From Camelus ferus (lineage: Eukaryota), in NCBI RefSeq assembly GCF_009834535.1, contig NC_045696.1, forward strand, positions 90,150,001 through 90,214,000: a DNA stretch of 64,000 nucleotides, given 5' to 3'. Of this stretch, positions 1 through 11,944 are shown in pieces. The notes under the pieces are model-generated. The model was not told the DNA's origin. It saw only the letters and a list, made by a program, of their open reading frames with translations, and did not search any database. Numbering within the stretch: the stretch's first letter is position 1; every line of letters starts with the position of its first letter. The translations under genes and the position numbers were made by a program.

Positions 1-2315
1 GTGAGGTGAGCATTAGAAGTGTTCTCCCACAGGGAAGCATCTCATATCTCAGAGGTAAAAAGTGAGGACAGAGAAGTCAAGCCACTTTCACAAATCCACG
101 CTGAAGTCAATATTGGGAACCCTCCTCCCTCAATTCTCTCCACCAGGTTCAAGGCAGTGGACACCCTCACCATCCTTCCTGTTTCAGCAGAGCTCTACTA
201 AAGTGACAGTTAACACAAAAGACAGACAGTATGGGAATTTAAACGCCATCATTTTCTATCTGAAGCAGATTGCACAATGTGTAAACAGAGAAAAGAAACA
301 AGTTTGCAGCCTTTTCTCTGAATTAATCACTAGAGGAACATATTACACGGGTGTGTCCTGCTCAGCTGTACCATCTGAGGACTTCAAACTGTTACTTTAG
401 CACCTACTAAGTGTCCAGAAAATGCTAGGCATGTTCTAATGGCATCAACAGAAGTCTGTCTACCACATAGGTCGACTCACTCAGTCCTTCAGAGAGAAAA
501 CTTGTTCCTGCTCCTCTCACCATTCACCTCCCCCTTGCCAATCAGATGGGCTCCAGGCTGGATGCCTGATCCCAGACACAGTCCTCATGGCACGCACCTG
601 CCAAAGCACGAACTGTCTAGGGCCAGAATCAGGAACCTATTTGCTCAGCACAAATAGAAGCCCCCGTGTGGTGCATTTGTGCCCCTCTGCCATGTTAGGA
701 CTTTTTCCATATACTTTCTGGAGCAGACAAGAGAGACTCAGGCAGCTAATAGCTTTCATAATGAATCAAGTTCCAAGTGGATGACTTCTAGTTCCATATG
801 GGGCAAGGTCAAGAGATAATGATTTCAGGTTGCAAATGGCAACAAACCAGATTGGGCTCCTTCAGATCTACGTATTCTTCAAAAAGATGAAAAATAATAT
901 TTATTTTCCCAGTGATTACCACAAATAAAAGAGTTCCTATTCTGTCTGATTATAGCTATTATCCTTCCTCTTTGAGCATAAACACATCCCTCTTTCTCAG
1001 AAGCAGTTTGCTGGTTCTCACCCTGCAAGAGCCCAGGCTTTCCATTATTGTATCAAAATGTATTCCAAGGCTTTCGGTGGAAAAGTTAACATTAAGCATC
1101 ACTCTAGTAGTATGAGTAATATCCAAATTACCGACATAATTTTTTATCAGGTAAACAATTCTATCTACGAATTCTAAAGCTGCTATCCTGACAGTCATCA
1201 CTAAGTGTAAAATTTTCGCATTATTCCATGATGTTTGTCATCGTGATATTATTTTTTACTATCAACACAAGTTTCTGTGATTTGGATTCCAGCACATTTT
1301 TCACACCGAAGTCAAGGCTTGCTATTGCACTGCCCTTGTGTGCCCACGGCAAGCAACAGTGCTTCAGCTGTGATGTTCTCAAGATTGCCTCTAAGAATTC
1401 CCCGTTAATAAAGTCCTCATATGCAAATCTTCATGCCTTCCCTAGGGCTCCATAGCAAGGCTCCAGTAAATTTAAACAAAGCAGCACGCAACACATGCCG
1501 TGCTTCCTATTACTTCTGAGACCATTTGTCTTATCTTCTTTCTAATATGCTTTGCGCCTGCTTTTCACTGTATTAGAGACTAGTACTTAAGTGAAAACCG
1601 AGGGGAAAAAAATAAACCAAAGCATTTGTATTGATTTCTTTTGATCTGGGTTCTCAATCAACCTGCAGGTCTAATGTTTGCCTCTTCAAACTGCTTTTTC
1701 ACCCTTGTTTTCTCTCCTCTACCCCTGTTCCATGAATCCAAACTCCTACTTTCCTTCCTCTATTAAAAGTCTATTACCTACTCTATGTATTTTTGTAAAC
1801 TGATGAGTCAGCAAGATCTCTCAGCATCATTTCATTTACCCGTCAATTAAATTTAGACATGAGATAAACCTTATTATGACTTTGACCTGAAACCACCATG
1901 GGACCTGGAAACAAATTTTAAATTTCTGTTTGCTCTGCTATCTGTATTGGCTCCAAATGAAAGGGCTAAATTTAATTTTTCCCAAGGAAACAACAATTCT
2001 TTTCACTGTTTTATTCTTTAAGCCCTTGAAAGTTTTTAATAGATTTATAAGCAGGAGCAGGGGAGAGAGAAGAGCAGTTAACTACCAAAAACAATAGAAA
2101 AATAAGTGCTTTTCTCACCTTAGAACTATATACATCTCCCCCCACTTCTCACCTCTAACATGGGGAAGGAAGGCTTCAGAGCAAAATCAAAGAATATTTA
2201 AACTGGGCGAGACATTTAGGACCATCTAAACCTGCCTCATTTGGTGGATATGGAAACAGGCTCATAATGAATTGGCACCTTAATAGTAATAAAAACCAAA
2301 GAAACAAAGCTAAGA

Positions 2316-2510
2316 TTGAGCACTTACTATTAGTTAAACACTTTGCCTACATTATCTCACTAGGACTCACAACGTCTATTAGAGGCAGATCCTATCACGA
2401 ACTCCATTTCAAAGACAGTAAAACCAAGACATAAAGAGGTTACATAATTTGGAGGTCACACAGCTAGTAAGTGGGAGAATCAGGGCAGTGATTCTAGAGT
2501 CACAGACTTA
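2316..2510 (-). mobile_element. MIR SINE remnant
   Basis: Reverse-oriented MIR core and tail: GAGCACTTACT...CATTATCTCAC...CTCCATTTC...GGTCACACAGCTAGTAAGTGG. Confidence 0.8.
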
Positions 2511-2627
2511 CTCCCAAGCCCTGACACTGCCTGCCAGCTTTCTGATCGTCCCCAAACTATAAGGTGATAACACCCCTTCTTCCTTCCTTTAAGATTAGCT
2601 AAAGGAGTATCTTTCCAGCCTTCATCA

Positions 2628-3071
2628 CAGGAGGTCTGTGAGGTTAAAACTTTCACGTTTATACTAAGATGTTATTTGCCTTTTGCACTCACATTCTCTC
2701 CCGAGTGTACAACACAGCTTTCCAGAGCTAACTTAATGTGTGAGATCACAATGCACTGAGTTCAGAAGCCCATCTGAGAACCCAGCTGTGTTCTATTAAG
2801 CCAGACATTACAGAGATTTGAAGGGAAAAAAAGTAAAACAATGCCACTCTCCAAAATTTTGTTTTGAAAAATGTAATTATTTTTTGTTTAAAATGCTACT
2901 AATGTTAATAAGTAATGAATTTATTGGTACTATTTTAAGTGAATTAATAAATTTTAATCTCTAACATGGTAAATATCAATAGATACAGCATATATACAAG
3001 AGCTGTTCAAAGTCCTCAATAATTTGTAAGAGTGGAAATGGGTCCCAAGGATAAAAAGTTTGAGAACCACT
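2628..3071. mobile_element. hAT-Charlie DNA transposon remnant (MER119-like)
   Basis: GAGAACCCAGCTGTGTTCTATTAAGCCAGACATT...AAACAATGCCACTCT and Charlie-type end AAAAAGTTTGAGAACCACT. Confidence 0.75.
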
Positions 3072-3261
3072 TGTTTTAGGGGGCCTGTCAGTAACCGCAG
3101 TTCCACTGGAGTCTGGGGTCCCTCTTCCTCTAGCACCAGCCTAGATCAACAAGTCAGGGTGTCAACAGTCCTGGCACCAAAGGACAAAGAAGGGGCAAGG
3201 AGCACAAAGAAATCCGGATGGATTGAGTAGTGTCATGACGCCAGGTAGGTCATTTCATCTG

Positions 3262-3263
<2 letters not shown>

Positions 3264-3317
<54 letters not shown>
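3264..3317. repeat. (TG)27 microsatellite
   Basis: Perfect TG run read directly. Confidence 0.98.
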
Positions 3318-3318
<1 letters not shown>

Positions 3319-3974
3319 TGTCCTGTCTCCTGGAAACTCTCAGAACCTACTGCCATTAGGCGACAAGATCCTCAAGAACAAGGGATCCATGATTTTTCCC
3401 ATCTTTGAGTTTTCTCCTGTACTGTAATTAACAGAGTAAATACTCCTCATATAGTTAGCTCTTGAAGATGCTTAATGAATTCACCATCCTAACACTGACA
3501 TAGAGTGCCTAGCCTAATTTGTCTCCTCCCACTCCTCAGCCCCACACCCCCAGTACACATTCATATATCACCTTCCTCAACTGAGATTTCCTGCCTGTCT
3601 CCAGTTAAGAAAAGAGGGTGACTGTGCTAAGGAGCTCTTCTCCCCTGTGTACTGAGCTCTATATTGTCAAGGGCAGAAATTGAGTTCCCCAAGACAGCCC
3701 AGAGCACTGCACCTGGAGTCCCCCTCCACAACTCAAAAAGAAGAACTGGAATTAGCCAACCAGTTCCTACACACATTACATTTGGGCCTCTTACATTCTC
3801 ACGCTTACTCAGAGAGTTCCATTTGCTACACTGAACTATGGGGATAAAATTACCCATTTTGTTAAATTATTCTCTCCCTAGTCCCTTTCACAATGCACCC
3901 TTTCACTCTTTGTCAAAATAGCTGTGGGCAGGCATCTGCAAAAGGTGAAGAGTGACACAGCCACACCAAGGGAT

Positions 3975-4135
3975 GACTGTGTGCCAGGCCCCAGGCTGAA
4001 TGTGGACATGAATTACCTCATTTATCCATATTAATCCTACAAGGTAGCTGTGACTATCATGGACATTGAAGCTTAGAAAATGAAGCCACATGTTCAAGTT
4101 CACCCAGCTGGCTAGTGATAGGAGGACTCTAACTC
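3975..4135 (-). mobile_element. MIR remnant
   Basis: TGTGTGCCAGGC...CTCATTT...AATCCTACAAGGTAG...TCACCCAGCTGGCTAGTG, reverse MIR pattern. Confidence 0.65.
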
Positions 4136-5484
4136 ATTAATGAATAAACACCCACAAAGAGCAGTGATTCAATGAGTGTCATCAGAGGGGTACCAAAAGA
4201 AAAGAGAGAATTAAGATGGCATCAACCTTGAAAGGCAACTCTAATGAGTCATGACCATGATTCTGGGAAGCCTTACCAAAAAGCATCATTGATAAATTTC
4301 TGACTGCATTGTCACCTTAGTGGATTTTTGTGTGTTTTTACCCATTTTTCACCAGCACTGCTACATATTTCTTGATTAGAACAGTACCAGATACTGTAAT
4401 ATCACTTTAAGTTCCACTCACTGCTCCCTCCTTGGCCTTAATTCAATGGAAGAAAGATTTACTAGCACATGAAGCATATGCTCCTGTATATCAATGCCAC
4501 CCTCACCCGCTTCCAGAAAGATTTAGTAGACACTATACATTAGAATAGCAATGATCACATAATGTCAGAACATTAAGCATTTTACATTTTCTAAATGATA
4601 CATGAATAATTTGAGCCCTGTGTGTACACAGCCCTTATAAATCAAACATTTAATTTTCAAACACTTTTGAAAGCTATAAAGGCATCTCTTCTTAACTTTA
4701 AAACAGCCCATAGACTTTCCTTCTGTGCCTTGATTTATTCTTCCATGGAAACACTACTAACTTCTGATTCACAAACATCTGTGTAAGCACTCTAAATATT
4801 TAATGAATTAGATTTATTTTAAAACAGACCCTAAAATCAGAGAGCACTAAACATCATTAAGGCACTGAGATTATTTATGAACACAAAAAATGAATCAGCT
4901 TTCTGGGCTAAAAGAAGAAGTGCTGAGATGATCGTGTGGTCAACTGCATAAAATTGCAATGGTGACAACCTGGTAATCAGTTGCATTTCATGGACAGTTT
5001 TATGCACGTAGTTCCTCAAGTTAAAACCTAATTAAAACAAAATGAAACAAACAAAGCATGATCCTTAAATAGTACCAAATTTAAGAAACAGATTATTAAA
5101 TCTGTACTTTTTAATATCAAGAAAGCCATATGGGTTAGAGTTTTTAATTTTATCTGCTTATTTTGATCCTCAGCAGAGAAGCACCTCATCAGGTGACTGG
5201 GCTTGCAATTAGTGTTGATGCTAATGTGGTCATTAATCCTTCTCCAAATGACACATATGTCTAGACAAGAACCATGAACAAGAAAGAAATAAGAAAGGTT
5301 CATTCTGTTGGTCTCTACCTTGTGATCAAATGTCATAGATTAATTAACACATTTGTTTGATGGAAAAGAAAGTAAAACGTGTCACAGAAATCTCCATTAT
5401 CCAAATACTGACACCTGACTAAATACATTAGCTAAAACTCACATCGAGGTGAGCAGAGCAAGTCAAGAATCAGGTAGGACTTAC

Positions 5485-5510
5485 CTGTCCTCCATTAAAT
5501 ATATGAGAGG
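5485..5510 (-). other. Candidate 26-nt microexon of an unidentified minus-strand host transcript
   Basis: Minus strand reads ...GCCTATTTTTTTTCAG|CCTCTCATATATTTAATGGAGGACAG|GTAAGT: T8-CAG acceptor and perfect CAG/GTAAGT donor, in a TE-free segment. Confidence 0.4.
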
Positions 5511-6209
5511 CTGAAAAAAAATAGGCTTTGAAAGTTCAACACAGGAAAACAACATTATGGATAAATTATACTCTGACAAAACAGAGAGTATTAGGTTGCT
5601 TGAGGGAAAGATGGAAATCAGTTTAACAAAGTAATTTCCACTTTACCATAAAATGCTGAAGCATAAACAATCACAAATGTCTTGAAAGAAGATCATTAAA
5701 TACAACTGTAAAGAGTTTTTCCTTATTCTTTAATTTCACATTAGGACAGTATCACTAACATCAAAGCAAAAATCATCCTACATCCACTTCAGTAGTCCAA
5801 ATTTAAATACCTTAATTTACTTAAATAAGTTCAATTTTCACAACCTAGGTGAGGGGTGCACTCAAGACAAGCTATTCTCAAAACTAATCTGAACAAATAA
5901 AACATGAGACTTCAGTAGCCTAGGTGTCTGTCAACCAGAAATGCTTCAACTGGAAGGGAAAATTACTTCAAGGAACCCAGTGTTTTCAAATATTGGTTTA
6001 AAGGGTTTCAGCTGATACAGAATGTGACCTCTCAAACTTACAACCCCAGGACAATCATCCTATAATTGTGTCCCATCCACCAGCAGCTCACAATTAATAA
6101 CAGCTTGGCTGGGAAACATCTCCATCCCTATAAGCAATCAATGCCTTTGCCCTGACCATTGCCTTGGACTCCATATCTGCTATCCTTGATTGCCAACTCC
6201 ACAAAAAAA

Positions 6210-6430
6210 TTTGATAAACATTTATTACACACTTACTATGAGCCAGGAACACTCACTAAGTAAAGGTCACCATGTAAAACACAAATAACTGTAAGATATG
6301 GTCTCTTGCCTCAAAGAGTTTAAAATATAAAGTAGAAAGCAAGGACAACATGGCAAAACAGTAAATAACAGCTCAGGGCAACTATATAACATGTCACAAA
6401 GCAGTACACAATTATCCAATCAGGAGTCTG
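6210..6430 (-). mobile_element. L2 LINE 3' remnant (probably continues at ~6900-7090 after an LTR insertion)
   Basis: AAACATTTATT...ACTTACTATGAGCCAGGAAC...AAGATATGGTCTCTTGCCTCAAAGAGTTT, typical antisense L2 tail. Confidence 0.65.
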
Positions 6431-6437
6431 GACAGAG

Positions 6438-6904
6438 TACCAGTCAGGGTCCAGTCAGGAACACAGAGATCACTCTAGGTATTTCAACAGGAAGAATTTA
6501 ATATAAGAAATTGGTGTTGGAAGGTGGTGAAAACAAAAAGGGAATGCTGATATAACACAGATACAATAACTGCAGGAAGTGGCTACCATCCCTAGGGCTG
6601 GAGAAACAAGGGAAAAAGCTGGGATAACAGATAACTTGTAAAAGAGAATGCATGGAGCTGAGACCTAGACCCCTTAAGCATTGCTGAGTACTGGGCAGGA
6701 AGAGCAAGCAAACAGGAAGAAGCAGGTCCATTACTTCTCATTCCTACCTTCCAATCTCCCTCTATTGTGTTCTATTGGTGGAACCTAATAGGAAGACATC
6801 TCCAAAAGAAAAATCTAGTTTGCAGGATGTCAGCTCAATATCACAAAGCAGGGTATAGAAGAGCAGGTTTGGAGCAGAGAGCAAGTATCTTTATAATCAG
6901 CACA
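6438..6904 (-). mobile_element. Ancient ERV/MaLR-type solo LTR (subfamily uncertain)
   Basis: Starts GTACCAGTCAGGGTCCAGTCAGGAACACAGAGATCACTCTAGGTATTTC...TTTAATATAAG, a typical reverse-read LTR end, and interrupts the L2. Confidence 0.5.
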
Positions 6905-7298
6905 AATGGCTAGGGTAAAGATAATGGATAGATCCCACAGGCTGAGTTAACTGGAGAAGACCTCATAGAGGAGATAACTATGAGTCTGGAAGGATGATCT
7001 AGAAAGTATTGAGAAGGGCAGGCATGCTAAGGGAAAAACAAAACAAATTTGGACAACTAAGTAAACCATTTGGCAAAAACTAGTTTTCATGTCAGGTATA
7101 AATAGGTATTTATTTTTTCCTAAAATTTCAAATATTAATTTATCTTGGATGCTTTATTGGCAAATCAACAATAATTAGTTAGTGCTAACTATAGGGCTGT
7201 GGCCTCTATAGAAAACAAGAAACAATATGAAGATGATTGTAATTGCAATGGCAGAAAATATATGAGACAAATGGACACCATCCAAGATGGCATATAAC

Positions 7299-7833
7299 TG
7301 GCAGACTGCATTTTTCAAAGACGGCTACAACAATATTTCCCACCCCACATGCTCTTATGCAGCATGACCTTAACATATCCTCTCAAGAAGTGGAATCTAT
7401 TTCTCCACCCCCTTGAATCTGGTTGGGCCTGGTAACTGCTCTAATAAAATATGGCAGAAGTGATATTGTGCCAGTTCCAAATATAGTCCTTAACTGGCCC
7501 AGTAGCTTCTGCATCCTACCTCTTAGAAGCCAGTCACACATAAGAACAGCAATCACCATGGAACTACCCTTCTGTGAAGCCCAAGCTATGCTGGAGAAAT
7601 CCTGGCAGATGAGATGCCATGTGGAAAGAAAAAGAGGCTGAGAAGTCCTGAGGCACCAGACTTGTGGGTGAAGAAGATATCCTGGAAGCAGATGTTTCCT
7701 CGGCCATGAGATGAAACACCCTGTTGACCCTTTTCAAACTTCCTGACCCACAAAACCATGAACTAAATAAAGTGGATGTTTTAAGTCCCTAATTTTTGGG
7801 GTAGTCTGTTTCACAGCAACAGAAAGCTGAACA
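7299..7833 (+). mobile_element. MaLR solo LTR (MLT1G/H-like)
   Basis: TGGCAGACTGCATTTTTCAAAGACGGCTACAACAATATTTCCCACCCCACATGCTCTT...AATAAA...GCTGAACA; 5-bp TSD ATAAC (7294-7298) / ATGAC (7834-7838). Confidence 0.85.
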
Positions 7834-8559
7834 ATGACAGAGTGCTAAATGGTAGAGGTGATAATTACTTCTATGTCTGCAAAATATAAGCACTAATTTG
7901 TACCAGAAAAAAATAAAAATAAAAAGATAAGATCGCCCTTTACAAATGTAGTCTTTGTCCAAACTAATGTATGGCATCCAGGGTTATAATCGTTGACAAA
8001 GAATTATTCAGCTTAAAGGTGGAAATCACACCATTCTAAATTCAAAACGATAGGAAAAGACTTCTTCCTGGTGGAAAAGGCACTCATGCGGCAACTATGT
8101 AATTTTCTTTCCCTTCCAATTTGATCATTATGTACAAGAAACAGTCAGGGAACCAAAGAGAACCAGGCAGGGATCCAGTGATCAGGACCAGGCAGGACTG
8201 GGCAAGATAAAGGCCATGCTTTCCTTTCCTCCCAACAATCTAAGCAAAGTGAACAGATCATTGGTACCATTGGTACCTATCACAGAGAAATCACGCCGGA
8301 GGCATCCCCTTGGAAGGGCTTTGATGGCAAGCTGGCCTCAAGTCCTGGATCAGGCAGCAAGCCCCAGAGGAGGCCAATAGAGAAAAGATTCAGCAGAAAG
8401 TGGTGAACTACCTTCTATTTATGCCTCAGAGAATTACCAGGTTATTTATATTGACTGAAATTTGATACTGATTAAGGGTTAAGAAGTTGCCTGATTATAT
8501 CTAAGGTGCTTCATAAGTCTGCCCTCAAGTGTAGCTCATTAGAGAATAGCATGCATGTC

Positions 8560-9067
8560 ATTAAGGTCACAGATTGAGAGCCAAGTGATCTAAAGTCCAG
8601 GTTGCCACTTGCTAACTTGGGACTTTGGGCTCATTAACCATCCTAAGTTCTAGCACTCTGCTGTTCAATATGGTAGCCAGGTGCTGCATGTGGCTATTGA
8701 GCACTAGAAATGTGACTACTCTGAGTGGAGATGCGCTCTGTGAAATTACACACTGGGTTTCAAAGACCTAGAACAAAAAAAAATGTAAAATACCTAATTA
8801 CTATTTTTTATATTGATTACATGTCAAATAACAATATTTTAGATATATTAAATATACTATAAAATTAATTTTACTTTTTAAAAAAATTTTTTTAAATGTA
8901 GCTATACCATAAAATTTGAAATTCCACACATGGCTTATGTTATATTTCTGCTAGGCAGCACTGCTTTACAGGGATAATAATAAACTCAGCTCCTAGAGTG
9001 CTATAAAGATTAAGAGAAATTAACCAAGTTAAGCACCTAGAACAGTGCTTGACATGTAGAAAGTTCA
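8560..9067 (+). mobile_element. MIR SINE split by a MER33 insertion
   Basis: 5' part TGCCACTTGCTAACTTGGGACTTTGGGC; 3' part GGGATAATAATA...AAGCACCTAGAACAGTGCTTGACATGTAG. Confidence 0.7.
8656..8963. mobile_element. hAT-Charlie MITE (MER33)
   Basis: GCTGTTCAATATGGTAGCC...CATGTGGCTATTGAGCACTAGAAATGTG...TATATTGATTACATG...GGCAGCACTG; similar to the copy at 45149. Confidence 0.85.
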
Positions 9068-9165
9068 TTTATTCATCTATTCATTCATTCATCAAACATT
9101 TATTGAGCTACTACTACGTGCCAAGCACTTTTCTAGGTATTCAGATTACAACATGGAGAACAGAC
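9068..9165 (-). mobile_element. L2 3' tail
   Basis: (TTCA)n CAAACATTTATTGAGC...ACTACGTGCCAAGCACTTTTCTAGGT. Confidence 0.8.
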
Positions 9166-9869
9166 TAAAAGGGGTTAAAATAAATTTTTTTAAAAAGCTT
9201 AGATCTCAATGGTAGTGGTAATTATCTACTTAAGTTCAAAGGTCATTCATATAAGATAGTATATATGTTCCATGATTCTAATAAAAGTAATTCCAATAAA
9301 AGTAAGTCTGATGCCAATTGTTCTTGGGTATCATTTAGTGGAAATGGATGCTGCTATACCTTGCTGTTAACATTCCCTGTGGAGAACCCAGCTGTTGGAA
9401 CATGAGGTCATAAAAAGGTATTTTCACCTGGGGACAGCAGGCAGTCGAACTGCAGGAAAGACTCTAAGCGCTGACCTTGCAAAGCCCAAACTAGAAATAG
9501 ATTACAAAATCCAATAGGAGTTCAGAAAAGGAGAGATCAAAGAGGGCAGAGTGCTGGGAAAAGAAATCAGGGAAGAGATGAACTTAAAGTTAGGTCCTGC
9601 AGGACGCCTGGGGCTAAAAAGTCACCAAGAGAGGAGTTATCTCAGGCATTCTAAGATTTATAACAGAATAGAATCCTGGATGAGCTCAGCATTTCCATGT
9701 TCTGTCTCTGGGTCATAAGCATATGTGTCTAGAAAATTGATTTTTTTCTGTCAGACACTGGATGGCACCTGGAAGACAGCCCACAGCATGACTGGGAAGA
9801 CAAATACCTAAGCCTTACAAAGGCAAATCTTGCCAGCAGAGTCATCTACCTCATTAACTTGGACTTCTC

Positions 9870-10490
9870 CAACTTGCTCATTTAAGTCTTTGTCTGTACT
9901 GGTCTCCTCATTCCCCTCAGGCCCCTTCCCTTTTGTTTCCCACACTGCAGCCACAGTAACAGAAATCTGGTCCTGTTGTTCCCCTAATTACAATCTTTTA
10001 ACAACTTCCTATTGTTCTCAGAATAAAGACCAAAATCTCTCTTGAGCTTTACAGGGCTCTGGCCCACATTATAACATGCCCCTCCTTTGCTCTCTGTCCT
10101 CCAGCCATCCTGACCTTTCAGTTTCTGAACTTCACCTTGCTTCCTCCAGCCACAGGAAACTGGCTCGAGCTCTTCCCTCTGGCATCTCACTCCTCTACTC
10201 CAATCAATGCACACCTTTCCATCTCTCAGCTCAGTTATTACTTCCCAGAAAAGCAATCCCCCTCCAGCATACAATTGCATGGCACCATGTCCATTCCTCC
10301 ATGGCTTCCATCTCAGTGAAATTCACATTCATTGGTGGGATTAGGTGAGCCTTGTCACTTCCCTCTCTAGGCTGCAGTCCCTGAAGGTAGAAAATGTGTC
10401 CTTTTGGCTCACCATTTGGCTTACCAGCAAGAGTACAGGACCTGGGACACAGAAGGCACTCATTAAGTATTTGTTCATTTCATTCATTCC
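9870..10490 (+). mobile_element. L2 LINE 3' region
   Basis: CCACACTGCAGCCACAG...CTCAGAATAAAGACCAAAATC...CCAGCCATCCTGACCTT...GGCACTCATTAAGTATTTGTT. Confidence 0.75.
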
Positions 10491-11084
10491 ATATTTTGTG
10501 TGAAGATTTGAAAAGTGTATCTACATAGGCTGTAACAGGGCATAGCACATAGTAAGTGCTATGCAAGTGACTGTTCTTATTCTAAGAGTTAGCTCTGCTA
10601 GGTAGTGTTTTTCCATCTATGACTATAGTTTTACTTAACTCTTGTTCTACTTAACTCTTGAGGTTTCTTGCTGTGACATTCCAGTGACAGATGTTTTACA
10701 CCATCCTTGTACCATGTGGAATCTGAGGTTTACACACTGTTCCTCCAAATGAATTCCCAGGATGTCCTGATTATAGTTGGCAGGAGTCAAATAATGCTCT
10801 TCATTAGTATTTGGCACAGAACATGATTTAATATTAAATACCAGTGATTACATTTATATTATAATTGAGGTATAGTAGGGGGAAAAATCACAAATTTTCA
10901 GGGTAATAGAGATGAAGAAACAGAGGTTCAGAGATGTGAGTGATGACAATAATTACAATCATTAATTGAGAGCTGGACACAAACTAAATGCTTATATGTA
11001 TCATTTTATTTAGTCTATTAACAACTAGGCATTACACACCATTTTTCAGATGAAGCTTAAGAAAAATCAAATATTAAGAATGAA

Positions 11085-11940
11085 AAACAATAGACATTTG
11101 TACAAGGAAGATGTAAAAATGACTAATAAGTACATGAAAAGATGCCTGACCTTATCAGCCATGAAGAAAATAAAAATCAGAGCCATAATAAAAGACCACT
11201 TCACATCTACTTAGATGGCTATAATAAAAGAAAAAGTTAATGGAAAGTAAGTTTTGGCAAGGATGTGGAGAAATCAGAATCCTCAGACACTGCTGGTGGG
11301 AATGTAAAGTGGTGCAGCCATTCTGGAAAACAGTCTGACCGCTCCTCAAATGATTAAACATAGAGTTTCTGTAAGACTCAGCAATTCCACTCTCAGGTGT
11401 ATGCCCAGGAGAAATGAAATCACATGTCCACCCAAAATCTTGTACTTGAATGTTTTCAGCAATGTTATTCACAATAGTCAGAAGATGGAACAACCCAACT
11501 ATCCATCAACTGATGATAAAAACAAAATGCATTATATAAATGTGTTACAATGGAGTAGCAGGCAGCCCTATAAATGGAGTATTGATACATGCTACAGCAC
11601 AAACAAACCTTGAAGACTTTAAGTGAAAGAAACCAGACACGAAAGACCACACATTATATGATTCCATCATATGAAATGTTCAAAACAGGGAAATCTACAG
11701 AGACAGAAAGTAGACTAGTGTTGCTGAGGGCTGGAGAAGGCATGGGGGAGATAAGGGAATAACAATTAAGGAGTACAGAACTTCTGTTTGAGGTGATGAA
11801 AATACTCTAAAACTGACTGCAGTGATGGTTGTACCTATCTGTGTATCTGTAAATATATCAAAAAAACAATGAATTGAACACTTTAAATGGGTGGATTGTG
11901 TGGTATGTGAATCAAATCTCAATAAAACAGTTTTTAAAAT
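11085..11940 (+). mobile_element. Old L1 3' end (end of ORF2 plus 3'UTR, L1MB-like)
   Basis: AGACATT...GGAAGATG...CATGAAAAGATG...GGTGGGAATGTAAAGTGGTGCAGCC...CAGCAATTCCACTC...ATCTCAATAAAA. Confidence 0.9.
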
Positions 11941-11944
11941 GTAA

